Below, one piece after another: positions 1 to 10,802 of a stretch of DNA of 64,000 nucleotides. Position numbers and translations under genes: made by a program. The notes beneath the pieces are model-generated. The model was not told the DNA's origin. It ran no database searches and saw only the letters and a program-made list of their open reading frames with translations. The stretch is taken from the NCBI GenBank assembly GCA_963823335.1, contig CAWGLD010000001.1, forward strand, positions 768,001-832,000, read 5' to 3'. The DNA is from an uncultured delta proteobacterium. GTDB taxonomy: Bacteria; Desulfobacterota; Desulfobacteria; Desulfobacterales; B30-G6. Within the stretch, counting starts at the first letter, position 1. Every line of letters starts with the position of its first letter.

Positions 1-224
1 AATCACTTTCATTTGTATACCCCCTTTTTCACGTCATTATAGAAATATCAAACAAATAGTGTACCTTATATTTTGGCATTTAAGACAATACTGCCGATAG
101 CATCTTGTCGTGCCCAACGTAGCATAATAATCCCTATCAATGCAAGAAATGGTCGGTTGTGATTAACATTGTACACCGGTTAGAAGTCTCTTCATCACAG
201 TCGGAATAGGTCTCCCTTTATTAT

Positions 225-1979
225 CTATCTGGTGATAGATACCGTTTTCGATATAGAATTGCTTACCCCTTCATTGTCGGTAACTGTTAGCGTGACGGTG
301 TAATTTCCAGACGTGCCATATCTATGCCAGGGATTTTGCCTGGTGCTGTACTTACCATCGCCAAAGTTCCAAAGCCATGACACAACGCTTCCATCACTAT
401 CAGTACTGCGATCTCTAAAAATAGCTATTGTTCTCCATTTGGTATAGCTGAAGTCAACGGCAGGTGAATGGTTTTGAGGAACGTCAGCGATCGTTATACG
501 ATGTGTGTCGGACCGGCCCCCATAACTCGCTGTTATCGTACACGACTGATCCGATCCCACCAGACTGGCAGTTAAATACCCGTTGCTGTTGATACTCGCA
601 TAACTGGAATTATCGTTCCAGCCGGCAAAGCCGGTCACCTCGCTGCTGTTCCCGTCACTGTAGATAGCCGTAAGAATATACTGTGCGCCAGTCTCCTCAT
701 TGACCTGGGCTGGGCCGGATATTGCAACAGAATTCAATGTTGGGGTCTCGTTATGCGTGACATAAATAAAACTATCTGTCGTGTCTTTTAGACCTCCATG
801 GTCTGTCACCGTTAATTTCAATTCGATGTTTTTATCAAAAGACTCTGCTTTTGGCGTTGTAAACGTCGTTACGGCTGATGTGGGATTTGAAAAAAAGACA
901 GGGTCTCCTTCAACCTGGGTCCAAAGATATGAGGCAATACCATCATCAGAATCCGTTGAGGCTGAGGCATCCAATGTGACCAAGGTCTCCCCTGTAGTCT
1001 CCAGATAATCTGGAATGGCAACTGCAGTTGGTGGTTCATTTTGCCAGCTGACATTGACAATACATGAGTCAGTGCCCTGCAGCCCGCCAGTATCCGCTAC
1101 GGTAAGAATAAAGGTAAGAGAAACGCCACCAGATCCAACGTTCGGTGCTATAAATGTCGGCTTTGATGATGCAGGATCTGAAAGCGTAACCGCTGGAGCG
1201 CCGCTTTGGGTCCAAAGATAAGAGGAAATCCCATCATCAATATCCAACGACAACGATCCATCCAACGTAACAACCATGCCTTCAGCCACTGTTTGATCGG
1301 TCCCGGCGATGGCACGTGGTGGTTCGTTCTGAGATGTTACATTCACAACACACGCATCTTTTCCCTCGTTTCCATTGTGATCTGTAACAGTTAGTTCAAA
1401 GGTTAGGGCAGCACCTCCAAAATCTACATCAGGTGCTGTAAAAGTCGGTTGCTCTGCATGAGGATCAGATAGATTTACCACAGGCTCACCAGTTTGAACC
1501 CAGTGATACATTGCAATACCATCATCTGGGTCGGTCGAGTTCGAGCCGTTTAACAACACAGCCTGCCCTTTATTCACGGTCTGATCCGGGCCGGCATCTG
1601 CTGTTGGTGGTTTATTAATTATACTTCCTGGTTCAAGGCTAGCCTCTATGGAGTTTTCACTCTCATAGCCTTCGTTGTCGAATGCTCTTGCCACGAAAAA
1701 ATACGTCTTGCTTTCATCCAGATCGTAAATTGTACAATATGTGTCTGTTCCTTCCCAGGATGGATTTGCGTAATTGTAGGATTGGCTTTGTTCACGGTGG
1801 AAAATTCTGTAACCGGCCAAGTCCGGTTCAGTGTTCGGTTCCCATCTAAACGAGGCCTGGGTTGCGGCTGAAACATCGGGTATGAAGAAAAATGGGAAGT
1901 TTAGTGTTAAGAGAATAAACCAAAAAGAAAAAGAATAGTTGAATCGATATTTACTTAAATTTATAAACATATACCTCAC
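225..1979 (-). CDS. Secreted/surface protein: fibronectin type III domain, three PKD-like (PxAxAGxDQxV...LDGSxSxDxD) repeats, Ig-like domain and C-terminal PKD domain
   Basis: Hydrophobic N-terminus; WEPNTEPDLAGY...YFFVARAFD Fn3 motif; repeated PTADAGPDQTV / PRAIAGTDQTV units; WLWNFGDG...PWHRY...YTVTLTVTD PKD motif. Confidence 0.85.
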   Translation of the reverse strand: MRYMFINLSKYRFNYSFSFWFILLTLNFPFFFIPDVSAATQASFRWEPNTEPDLAGYRIFHREQSQSYNYANPSWEGTDTYCTIYDLDESKTYFFVARAFDNEGYESENSIEASLEPGSIINKPPTADAGPDQTVNKGQAVLLNGSNSTDPDDGIAMYHWVQTGEPVVNLSDPHAEQPTFTAPDVDFGGAALTFELTVTDHNGNEGKDACVVNVTSQNEPPRAIAGTDQTVAEGMVVTLDGSLSLDIDDGISSYLWTQSGAPAVTLSDPASSKPTFIAPNVGSGGVSLTFILTVADTGGLQGTDSCIVNVSWQNEPPTAVAIPDYLETTGETLVTLDASASTDSDDGIASYLWTQVEGDPVFFSNPTSAVTTFTTPKAESFDKNIELKLTVTDHGGLKDTTDSFIYVTHNETPTLNSVAISGPAQVNEETGAQYILTAIYSDGNSSEVTGFAGWNDNSSYASINSNGYLTASLVGSDQSCTITASYGGRSDTHRITIADVPQNHSPAVDFSYTKWRTIAIFRDRSTDSDGSVVSWLWNFGDGKYSTRQNPWHRYGTSGNYTVTLTVTDNEGVSNSISKTVSITR

Positions 1980-2459
1980 TTGCCTTCTTGCGTTATCGTT
2001 TCTGCGATCGTGGATGCTTCTTCTTTCAGACCGTGATAACCCCCACCGTCAACACCATATCGCCCCTGGTCTACAATTCTGAGATCTATACTAAGGCGCT
2101 TATCTTGCCCCATTCGCTACTTCCAACTTGTTAGTTACTGTTTCTCAGGATTGAGCCGGGCACTCTTATAGGGCCGATTCAGTGTTTGCAAGGAAATAAA
2201 ACAATACTGAGGAAAATTAGGCATTGATGCTGGGGTTGAAGTAAATAGAAAGTATTTATTAATTAACTTATTAATTAACTAGTTAACCACAAGAAATGGG
2301 CTGTGGGCCCCGAAGAGGAATAACTCTGATTATTTTCTATTGATTAATCGAGAAGACACTTAGGGGCGCTTAAGTAGAATTGGTTGTAGGAATTGCTATT
2401 CTGAAAATCACATTAAAAAAGGGCTTACAAGCCTTATGCTCGTAAACCCTTGTTATTGA

Positions 2460-2534
2460 TGGTAGGCACGGTTGGATTTGAACCAACGACTTCTACCGTG
2501 TCAGGGTAGCGCTCTCCCCCTGAGCTACGTGCCT
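2460..2534 (-). tRNA. tRNA-Val(GAC)
   Basis: Reverse complement AGGCACGTAGCTCAGGGGGAGAGCGCTACCCTGACACGGTAGAAGTCGTTGGTTCAAATCCAACCGTGCCTACCA folds as a cloverleaf, with anticodon GAC and encoded CCA. Confidence 0.95.
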
Positions 2535-2604
2535 TTAAATCAAGCATTCTGGATATCACTGCCCCGGGATGCTGTCAAGAAAAATGAAAACAGGCAGAAA
2601 CTCC

Positions 2605-3159
2605 CTAGGTTTCTTCATTTTTGGAACCATTCTGAAGAATGTTCATGCCAAAATAGATATAATGCAGCCCTGATACAGTCGTGAGACCGGCCGTAACCCA
2701 GAACAGAATTCTCATGAGCACGGAATATCCAGCCAGCCCGACGTGCACCAGGGCCAGAATGATCGTCGTAATCTGGGCCACTGTCGTAATTTTACTGATG
2801 ATGCTGGGTTTAATTTTATAGGATTTTTCCGTCAGCGTAAAAATGGCAATGCCCATGACGATAAGCACATCCCGGCTGATAACGATGACCGTGACCCAGC
2901 TGGGCACGATTTTCAGTATGGCCAGGCTGACAAAAGCAGACACCAGCAACAGCTTGTCCGCTATCGGATCAAGATAGGCCCCCAGCGTTGTGCGCTGATT
3001 AAAATATCTGGCAATAAATCCGTCCAGACCATCGCTGATGCCTGCAACGGTAAAAATCAGCAACGCCGGACCAAAGAGGTCCCTCAGGAGTACGATCACA
3101 AAGAGCGGCGTGAGCAAAATCCTGATAATCGTCAGTAGGTTGGGCACATTGATAGGCAT
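2605..3159 (-). CDS. pgsA: CDP-alcohol phosphatidyltransferase (PgsA-like)
   Basis: PNLLTIIR start; DGLDGFIAR...G..LDPIADK signature. Confidence 0.85.
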   Translation of the reverse strand: MPINVPNLLTIIRILLTPLFVIVLLRDLFGPALLIFTVAGISDGLDGFIARYFNQRTTLGAYLDPIADKLLLVSAFVSLAILKIVPSWVTVIVISRDVLIVMGIAIFTLTEKSYKIKPSIISKITTVAQITTIILALVHVGLAGYSVLMRILFWVTAGLTTVSGLHYIYFGMNILQNGSKNEET

Positions 3160-3205
3160 ATTAAAAACGTTCCACGGTTCTTGAACCTAAAGTGAGTGTT
3201 TCGGG

Positions 3206-4396
3206 TTAACCGACCACAAGCTCTATACCCAATCGCCCCGGAGACACCTCATAAATATCGATACCAAAAGATTCAAAGGTCTTTAATAACAATTCATCGG
3301 CAAGAGACTGGGCCGTGCCCTCGTAATCCACGGAAATAATCGACTCATCCGCCTTCATGACCTTGATGTGTATCGCTTTTACCCCGGGAATTTTCCCCAG
3401 TGCTTTGCGAAACTTGATAAAATTTGCCAGCTCCCGGGTACCGTGAACACTGATTTCCACCAGAGATTGCTGATCGGACTCGCTTTCCCAGGCAGATGTC
3501 AGTTGCAGAATCATTTCCTGGCCAACGAGCGTGCCGGCATTGAACAACGCCTCGCGTCCACCCATTTCATCGTTTTCACTTGCAAAAACCGCCGTTCTTG
3601 CAGCAAAGGCAATTTCCTTTCCGGTCTCCGTGCGATATGCTTTTGCGCTTACAGAGCCTTTAAAGGTTTTCACGGTACCATCCATCACATTGCTTGTTTT
3701 TTCTGCTGTGGCCGTTCCGATAATCACGACATCCGCTGTCATGTGCTTGCTGAGGTCGATGGCATCCTGCAGGGAAATGTCGGTCCGATAGTTCAAGGGT
3801 TCCACGATAACGCCATGGTTGATCACCGTCATGCCTTTATCTCGCATGGTTTGCGCCATGGCCTCTTCTGATAAAGGAACCACGAATACGAGGTCTTTGC
3901 CCCACCAGTAAACCGGCTTATTGTCCCCTATTTTTTTCTCTGCCAGAAGAAAAAGGATCTTCGGCATTACATGTTCCTGCACAATCAGGTCGGCACGCAG
4001 GAGGGTTTCCTTGATTCTGTCTTTCATTACCGTGGCCTGCACAATAGCCCGATAGTTGTTTCCGGACAGGTACTCCGTCAACACCTTGTAACCCTGGATG
4101 AAACGATCGGTCTTATTATAAAGAAGCTCATTAAAAAGCTTGAATTCACCTACCTGCTGCTGGAAAGACTGAATTTCAGCGGCTACGGTAGCTACCGCGG
4201 ACACAAGGGCATTCGAGATAGCCTGTTCCTTGGCCGATGCCATATCATTACCATGAATGGCTCCGGACCCAACAACATCCACAACGCGTACGTTATCCTT
4301 TTCCTGCGCCAGAACAGGGCAACACAATGTCCATAAGAGGACCATATTGACCAGCAGAAAACCCGTTCTTTTAATTGATTTTAAAGCAAAATACAT
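3206..4396 (-). CDS. Exported protein with FlgT N-terminal-like domain
   Basis: Signal peptide; G-x-G...AKEQAISNALVSAV pattern resembles the flagellar assembly protein T N-terminal domain. Confidence 0.55.
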   Translation of the reverse strand: MYFALKSIKRTGFLLVNMVLLWTLCCPVLAQEKDNVRVVDVVGSGAIHGNDMASAKEQAISNALVSAVATVAAEIQSFQQQVGEFKLFNELLYNKTDRFIQGYKVLTEYLSGNNYRAIVQATVMKDRIKETLLRADLIVQEHVMPKILFLLAEKKIGDNKPVYWWGKDLVFVVPLSEEAMAQTMRDKGMTVINHGVIVEPLNYRTDISLQDAIDLSKHMTADVVIIGTATAEKTSNVMDGTVKTFKGSVSAKAYRTETGKEIAFAARTAVFASENDEMGGREALFNAGTLVGQEMILQLTSAWESESDQQSLVEISVHGTRELANFIKFRKALGKIPGVKAIHIKVMKADESIISVDYEGTAQSLADELLLKTFESFGIDIYEVSPGRLGIELVVG

Positions 4397-4508
4397 GCGC
4401 CTTCACCTTTTCTTAAAAACGGTTTTTGTCATTTGGAAAACTTCCCAACCCTGATATGCCGGGATCCCCCACAGGCCATAGAGAATGGAATGCGCTCACT
4501 GCTGCGGC

Positions 4509-5489
4509 TCAGTGCGTTCTTTCAAGAGCATACCCGGCTATATCGAACAGAATATCCCTGGTGGGCGACACCGGAAACAGCTCAAGCGCCTGGCGGGATT
4601 TGGCGGTGTGCTCAAACGCCAATGTCCTGGTATAGTCAAAGCCGCCATATTCTGATATCTTTTCTGCCAGCCATCTGAAATCATTATCGCTAAATTTTTC
4701 GTCTCGGATGATTTTCTCCATCAAAACACGGTCCCCGGGCGCGGCCTGGTTTAACGCAACAATGACAGGCAGCGTCAGTTTCCCCTCCCTGAGATCTGCC
4801 CCGACTGTTTTACCGAGAATCTGCGTGTCAAAGGTGTAGTCGAGCAGGTCATCCACCATCTGAAAGGCCATGCCAAGATTGTAGCCATATTGTGCAAGGG
4901 CCAGTTCTTTTTCTTCAGATGCCTCTGCAAGGATAGCACTGATACGGCATGCGCCTTGAAACAACACGGCTGTTTTACACTTGATGATATCCATGTACTC
5001 TCTTTCGGTCAGGTCTAGTTTGCCTTTGCGGTGGATCTGGTGAATTTCGCCCTGTGACATGTTTTCAGTGATTTCGGAAATAATCTTAATGATTCTGGGT
5101 TCCTCTGTCTCTGCGGCAATCGCCAGGCCGCGTGCCAGAAGAAAATCTCCCACCAGCACCGCAATCTCGTTGCCCCATACAGCATGAGAGGCGGGTTTTC
5201 CTCTACGCAGGTCGGCACCGTCCACCAGGTCGTCGTGCAACAGGGTCGCGGCATGGAGATATTCAAAAATGACCGAAAAGGTTTTGTCATAATCACCACG
5301 GTAATCACACAGTCTTGCCGACAGTACCATCAACAAGGGCCGCAGGCGTTTCCCGCCGCTGAAGAGTATGTGATGGGCCACCTTGGAAACCAGGTCCAGA
5401 TTGGGGTGCAGATTTTCGAGCAGCGCCACCTCGATACCGGCTAGATCGTCTTCGACCAGCGACAGGATTTTATTTTTCAGATCGTTCAC
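4509..5489 (-). CDS. ispB: Polyprenyl (octaprenyl-type) diphosphate synthase
   Basis: GGKRLRP, HDDLVDGADLRRG (FARM), FQMVDDLLD (SARM), DLREGKLTLP. Confidence 0.9.
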   Translation of the reverse strand: MNDLKNKILSLVEDDLAGIEVALLENLHPNLDLVSKVAHHILFSGGKRLRPLLMVLSARLCDYRGDYDKTFSVIFEYLHAATLLHDDLVDGADLRRGKPASHAVWGNEIAVLVGDFLLARGLAIAAETEEPRIIKIISEITENMSQGEIHQIHRKGKLDLTEREYMDIIKCKTAVLFQGACRISAILAEASEEKELALAQYGYNLGMAFQMVDDLLDYTFDTQILGKTVGADLREGKLTLPVIVALNQAAPGDRVLMEKIIRDEKFSDNDFRWLAEKISEYGGFDYTRTLAFEHTAKSRQALELFPVSPTRDILFDIAGYALERTH

Positions 5490-6802
5490 AATGCCTCTCC
5501 GGTCAAGTCATACTCCAGTGTGTCGGTAATCCGAACATCTGCAAATCCACCAATTGTCAATCGGTCCTTGTGAACATAGGTAATACCATCAACTTCAGGT
5601 GCCTGGAAAACGGTCCTGCCGATGTATAGTCCTTTTTCGGGCATTTCTTCGATGAGCACAGGCAGGGTCTGGTGCAGATATTTTTCATTGTTTCCGGCAG
5701 ACAGCTCCATCTGTCGTGACATGATCGCGTCGTAGCGTTTCATGGCAATCTCCTCCGGCACATGGCGACCCAGACCGTGTGATGCTAAATCCTCTGAATC
5801 AGAATAATTAAAAACACCCAGGTGGTCAAATTGAATTTTCTCGATACAACTGAACAGTTCATCAAAATCCGATTCGCTTTCCCCCGGGAATCCCGTGATG
5901 ACGGTTGTTCTGAGGCATGCGTCACCGGCAATGGAACGGATTCGGTCAAACAGCCTGAAAAGATCCTCTTTTTGATACTGCCTTCCCATTTTTTTCAATA
6001 TCCGGTCGCTTGCATGCTGGATGGGAATGTCAAAATAAGAGCAGATATTGTCTGCCTGGTGCATGGTTCGAATCAGGGTGTCGTCCATGCTCTCCGGGTG
6101 CCCGTAAAGTATCCGGATCCATATGTCCGATGATATGGCCGATAGTTCCCGCAACAGACGGGAAAGACCATTGGACAAACCAATGTCGCTACCATAGGCG
6201 GTTGTTTCCTGCGCCACCAGCACCAGTTCTTTGACACCCGATTGAACCAGGGTGTCGGCTTCCTGAACAATTTTGTTAATTGGACGGCTTTTTTGTCTGC
6301 CGCGCAGTTTAGGGATGATGCAGTAAGTGCAGTGCCGGTCGCACCCTTCGGCAATTTTGAGATAGGACATGGGCAGGGATTGCCCGACTCTCGGCAATAC
6401 TTCGCTGTAGCTCTGCAATGCGTCCGGGTCCGGCAAAATACACCTGGGGCGGTTCTCCTGCTCCATGACGGCTTCGACAATTCGGTCGTAAGCACCGGTA
6501 CCCAGAAACATGTCGACTTCGGGGAGACTGCTGACAATCTCTTCCCGAAAACGTTCCGGGAGGCAACCCGCGACGATCAATCGGCGGCAGGTACCATGGG
6601 TCTTATGCCTGGCCAGTGCGAGAATGGTATCGATGGATTCGTTGATAGCCGATTCGATAAAGCTGCAGGTGTTGATGACAATCACTTCCGCCTCGGCCGG
6701 GGTTTCCGTGGTTTCGTGTCCGGCAGCCAGCAATCGACCTGTCATGGATTCGCTGTCAACAAGATTGCGGGCGCAACCGAGACTGGCAACATGAAATATC
6801 AT
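5486..6802 (-). CDS. rimO: Ribosomal protein S12 methylthiotransferase RimO
   Basis: SLGCARNLVDSE, NTCSFIESA, radical SAM CDRHCTYC, APEVDG, C-terminal TRAM. Confidence 0.95.
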   Translation of the reverse strand: MIFHVASLGCARNLVDSESMTGRLLAAGHETTETPAEAEVIVINTCSFIESAINESIDTILALARHKTHGTCRRLIVAGCLPERFREEIVSSLPEVDMFLGTGAYDRIVEAVMEQENRPRCILPDPDALQSYSEVLPRVGQSLPMSYLKIAEGCDRHCTYCIIPKLRGRQKSRPINKIVQEADTLVQSGVKELVLVAQETTAYGSDIGLSNGLSRLLRELSAISSDIWIRILYGHPESMDDTLIRTMHQADNICSYFDIPIQHASDRILKKMGRQYQKEDLFRLFDRIRSIAGDACLRTTVITGFPGESESDFDELFSCIEKIQFDHLGVFNYSDSEDLASHGLGRHVPEEIAMKRYDAIMSRQMELSAGNNEKYLHQTLPVLIEEMPEKGLYIGRTVFQAPEVDGITYVHKDRLTIGGFADVRITDTLEYDLTGEAL

Positions 6803-7764
6803 CCTGAAATCTTTTTAATTTCTTCGGTGATATAGGGTGCAATTTCAAACAGGTCTGCCACAACAGCATAATCGGCCTTGGCAAATATGGGCGCTTCCGA
6901 ATCATTGTTGATGGCCACGATAACCTTGGAGGACGACATGCCGGCCAGATGCTGAATAGCGCCGGAGATACCAAAAGCCATGTAGAGCCCGGGTGATACG
7001 ACCTTGCCGGTCTGGCCCACCTGGTCTGAGTGGGCTCGCCAGCCCTCGTCCACAGCCGCCCGGGATGCCCCCACGGCCGCACCAAGAACATCTGCCAGGG
7101 CTTCAACCACGGAATAGTCGTCTCCGCCCATACCCCGGCCCCCTGAAACGACGATATTTGCCTCGGTCAGGTCGATTTTACCGGTTTCCATTCTTTTTTC
7201 AACAAAAGTCATGCTCACCTTGCCGATCTCTGCCGATATTTTTTCCACGACGGCCTCACCACCGGTTTTATTGATCTTGGCTGTATTGGGTCGCACTGAG
7301 AACATCTGGCGCTCTCCCTCTAAAACGACATTCGCCAGCAGCTTGCCACCGTAGATGGGCCGTGTGGCAGTCAGGCCCTCACCATCACATGTGATGGTCA
7401 CACAATCCGCTGCCAGGGGTGCACCAAACCGCGCCGCGACACGCGCGGAAAGGTCTTTCCCCTGGACCGAAGCGCCAAAGAGGAGTATGCCCGGGTCTTC
7501 CTGTTGAATGACCACTGACAAGGCATTGGCATAGGCGTCTGTCAGGTACTCGGCAAGCTGTGAATCCTCAACTGCCAGGATCCTGTCCGGGCCATACGCC
7601 TGGAGCTCCTGCGCTGATGCCTCAATACCAGCCCCCAAAACAACGGCCGTCAATTGACAGCCCAGTTTATCCGCGATCCGCTTTCCTTCGCTCAAAACTT
7701 CAAAAGTGACCTTTCTAAAGATACCGTCACTCTGCTCTGCAACGACCATGATTCCCTTTGTCAT
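6799..7764 (-). CDS. etfA: Electron transfer flavoprotein alpha subunit
   Basis: VVSGGRG, GASRAAVD, QVGQTGK, GISGAIQHLAGM. Confidence 0.95.
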   Translation of the reverse strand: MTKGIMVVAEQSDGIFRKVTFEVLSEGKRIADKLGCQLTAVVLGAGIEASAQELQAYGPDRILAVEDSQLAEYLTDAYANALSVVIQQEDPGILLFGASVQGKDLSARVAARFGAPLAADCVTITCDGEGLTATRPIYGGKLLANVVLEGERQMFSVRPNTAKINKTGGEAVVEKISAEIGKVSMTFVEKRMETGKIDLTEANIVVSGGRGMGGDDYSVVEALADVLGAAVGASRAAVDEGWRAHSDQVGQTGKVVSPGLYMAFGISGAIQHLAGMSSSKVIVAINNDSEAPIFAKADYAVVADLFEIAPYITEEIKKISG

Positions 7765-7887
7765 GTTTCACCTCTTATTTTAACCGGGCCAGAAGCCTTG
7801 ATATGATTAAATTCTAGGGTAATTAAATTTTAGAAATATTATGCAGATGAAATTCTAAATCCGAATATCGAAATTCGTGCTTCGGAT

Positions 7888-8670
7888 TTAAATAACCTTC
7901 GCCTCTTCGTGTAATATTCTCACCAGTTCCCGGGCCTTTTCCTGGGGGGTCTCCCCCTCGACAACCTGGCCCCCTTTTCTTTCCGGCGGCGGTTTCAAGG
8001 CCTTGATTTTCATTTTGACTGCCGGGAAGGTCTGGGGATCAAAACCCAGATCGGTCAGCGTTTTGCTGTCCAGGGGTTTCTTTTTGGCTTTCATAATACC
8101 CGGCAGCGACGCGTACCTGGGATCGTTCAAGCCCCTCTGGGTCGTAATGAGCGCCGGCAGCGGCGCTTCCACCACGGCGACACCCCCATCGATGGTCTTG
8201 TGGCATTTGATCCTGTTTTCAGCGATCTCCTCTTTTATCACCATGGTGATGCTCGGGATGCCCAGGATCTCGGCCACGGCCGAACCAACCATGTAGGCAT
8301 CGTCGTCCACGGCCCGCTGCCCTGCAATGATCAGGTCAAAGGGTTCCTCCTTGGCCACCGCGGCCAACACCGTTGCCGTACTAAAAGGGTCACAGTCCAC
8401 CAGAACAGGGTCTGAAACCAGTACCCCCCTGTCGGCGCCCATGGCCAAAGCCGTTCGAATCGCCTCGGCCGCTTTTTCACGCCCCACACTCAGAATCGTT
8501 ACAGTCCCGCCGTGGGCCTCCCGTAAACGGAGCGCCTCTTCCACGGCCAGTTCATCGTACGGGTTGATGACCCATTTGAGGTCATCGGTCTTGATGGAGA
8601 CCCCATCTCCTGCTATTTCAATTATCGACTCAGTCGAAGGAACCTGTTTTAACAGTACCAAAACGTCCAC
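7888..8670 (-). CDS. etfB: Electron transfer flavoprotein beta subunit
   Basis: KQVP, NPYDELAVEEAL, ALAMGAD, PRYASLPGIMKAKKK. Confidence 0.95.
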   Translation of the reverse strand: MDVLVLLKQVPSTESIIEIAGDGVSIKTDDLKWVINPYDELAVEEALRLREAHGGTVTILSVGREKAAEAIRTALAMGADRGVLVSDPVLVDCDPFSTATVLAAVAKEEPFDLIIAGQRAVDDDAYMVGSAVAEILGIPSITMVIKEEIAENRIKCHKTIDGGVAVVEAPLPALITTQRGLNDPRYASLPGIMKAKKKPLDSKTLTDLGFDPQTFPAVKMKIKALKPPPERKGGQVVEGETPQEKARELVRILHEEAKVI

Positions 8671-8979
8671 GCGGATGCCTCCTTTATTTTTACCGTTTAT
8701 AACAACCAGATATATTTGCGCTTTCCAAATGATAATTCCTACAGAACTGCCATTTCATTGTCAAATAAAATCGTTACACGATTTTATCAGACGCGGCGGT
8801 GCCGCTCTTAAGGGTCCACATTTGGCGACAGATAAATTTATCCTGGGCGGTGCGGGGACGTATAGGTCGTGATGCCGACAATTAGCCGGGCAAGGGATAT
8901 TTAGATGATAACAAAGGGTTAATATCTCTCACAGAGACCACAGAGTCGCAGGGAAATATTTTTTTCTTTTCTTTTTAGG

Positions 8980-9043
8980 ATGTAGCGCAGAGCTTCAGCT
9001 CTGCCTGTACATGTTTTTGCAGGTCTAAAGACCTGCGCTACAT
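8980..9043. repeat. GTAG-type REP doublet (REPIN-like), copy 1
   Basis: GTAG-C-GCAGAGC-TTCA-GCTCTGC, spacer, GCAGGTC-TAAA-GACCTGC-GCTAC; same structure at 14352 and 30647. Confidence 0.8.
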
Positions 9044-10548
9044 TACATGGAACCACCTACAACCTTTAAGTGTCGGCAGGAAAAATGAGCTTGAAAATCG
9101 TTTCGACCGGAGCTGTGGCAATCCTCTGTTTTCTTGCAGAACGCACACGCTGTAATTTCTCCTGGACAGATGTCAGTGGAATTCGGGATATATGGGCATC
9201 TTGACGATGTCATATCCATGTTGAAATGATACCGTTCGGAAAATATCTTGATGCGCATGAGATCTGTCCCTTTTCCACCGGCATTGAAATCAAAGGGCTT
9301 TTTTGTGGAATATCCATCCGTGTCCTGGGTTGGATAAAAGCCTTCAAACATGTACTTGCGATGCCTGGCCACGATACCGGTCCCAAAATCATGAACTGTC
9401 AAGTTTACACTTTTTTCCGTATCCTTTACCGAAATATCGATTCTGCCCTCATCCGGTGTGTTTTCGATGGCATTTTTTATGAGTCCAAACACGATCGAAA
9501 AGAGAATTCTTTTGGGGATGGTAATCCTTTTGGATGCCTCGGCATGGATGCGCATATCGAGCTTTCTGTGACCGATCTCCGATTCCACCCGCTGCAGGGT
9601 TTCTCTTAAAAAACGTCCCAGATCGAGGGATTCCGGAACCTGTTCTACCGGGCGGTACAGTTCATCGATTCGTTTCTTCATCTTTTCAACAACCATGCCT
9701 TCGCCCGCCTGTTCTGCGGTCAAGGCCTCTATCATATCGCTGCATTCTTTAAAAAGCGCCGAAAGGATACGATGATGTGGAAACGCCCTGTCCTGCATAA
9801 TATCTTCTACACCCCGCTGAATGCTCGACAGTCGTGCCAGACTCCTCTCCGCCCTGTCAAATGTTCGGATCCACCGGGTCTCCGGTATTTCCGACAGGGG
9901 TCTCCGCAAAATCGACAGCGCCGTTTTCAGAAGTGAAATAGGTGTTTTCAACTCATGAGAAAGATGGTTGATGACCTTGCTTTTTGCCCGGTTAAGGCTG
10001 TTGACCTCTCGAAATGCCGATTTCAATGCCAGGGTAGAGCGAACATTTTTCAACGTAACCGCCAGATTGATTAACAGTGTTTCCAGCAGTTCCGTATCAT
10101 CAGCGGTGTAGGGGTCGCCGACAATCTTGGCGCCCAATCCCATAATACCGTTGCAGTTATATGCGATATTAAAAATCAAGACATCGGCAAAAAAGGGAGG
10201 GAAAAGTGACACGCGTTGCTTTTCGTCTACATGGTCCATGGCTGGGATGTACTCATAAGTGGCGAGCAGTTTCTGGCACCCCTTTTCGATAAGCGGGCGG
10301 GTCTCTTCATCGATTCCAACGCTAATCAATTTATTGGGAATCAAGGCTTTCTCTTCGTCGATGAATGCAAATCCTTCGATAACACCAAAACTGCCCAGGG
10401 TCATCAAGAGAAAATTTCGCAAGGTGCCGTCAATATTTCCCTGATCCAGGAGCACGTGGCTGACATCGCACAGGGTTTTTAGATGAAACAGTCTTTTACT
10501 GAGCTCAGATTCCGCGGCTTCGTTTTCCTTATGATAATCTTCCTTCAC
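9043..10548 (-). CDS. Cytoplasmic sensor histidine kinase (GAF-like, HisKA, HATPase); apparent +1 frameshift near the 3' end, corrected stop about 9066
   Basis: HLSHELKTP H-box, LIKNAIENT N-box, DFGTGI G1; shifting frame near 9100 restores a SG.TIFKLIFPADT* ending typical of HATPase domains. Confidence 0.85.
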   Translation of the reverse strand: MKEDYHKENEAAESELSKRLFHLKTLCDVSHVLLDQGNIDGTLRNFLLMTLGSFGVIEGFAFIDEEKALIPNKLISVGIDEETRPLIEKGCQKLLATYEYIPAMDHVDEKQRVSLFPPFFADVLIFNIAYNCNGIMGLGAKIVGDPYTADDTELLETLLINLAVTLKNVRSTLALKSAFREVNSLNRAKSKVINHLSHELKTPISLLKTALSILRRPLSEIPETRWIRTFDRAERSLARLSSIQRGVEDIMQDRAFPHHRILSALFKECSDMIEALTAEQAGEGMVVEKMKKRIDELYRPVEQVPESLDLGRFLRETLQRVESEIGHRKLDMRIHAEASKRITIPKRILFSIVFGLIKNAIENTPDEGRIDISVKDTEKSVNLTVHDFGTGIVARHRKYMFEGFYPTQDTDGYSTKKPFDFNAGGKGTDLMRIKIFSERYHFNMDMTSSRCPYIPNSTDICPGEITACAFCKKTEDCHSSGRNDFQAHFSCRHLKVVGGSM

Positions 10549-10655
10549 ATCTAAATCTCCCCTAAGGATGGATGGAATTGCTTTAAAATCGTATTTCTAG
10601 TATAGTGTCCCATCTTTTATTGTGGGTTTTTTCTGCGTGCTAACTAGTCAAACCC

Positions 10656-10745
10656 CGTCATGCTGGGCGTGACAAGCCTGCCCCGGCAAGTAGTTAGCCG
10701 GGGGCATCCAGAGTCTTTCTGGACTCCCGCCGCCGCGGGAGTGAC
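10656..10745. repeat. CGTCA-type palindromic repeat; partial second copy at 34656-34711
   Basis: Shared core CCTGCCCCGG(C/T)AAGTAG(T/C)TAGCCGGGGGCATCCAG at both sites; this copy is bounded by GTCA...TGAC. Confidence 0.6.
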
Positions 10746-10802
10746 AGTATTTTTTATGGAATCTTGTAAATATCGATTCTAAAGATGATGCCTAGGACAT
10801 AA

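Noticed and set aside
1980-2400. c-di-GMP or other riboswitch upstream of the surface-protein gene
   Set aside because: I could not find the GGCAAA...GAAA...GACGCAAA pattern or any other recognisable aptamer by eye; an Rfam scan would be needed.
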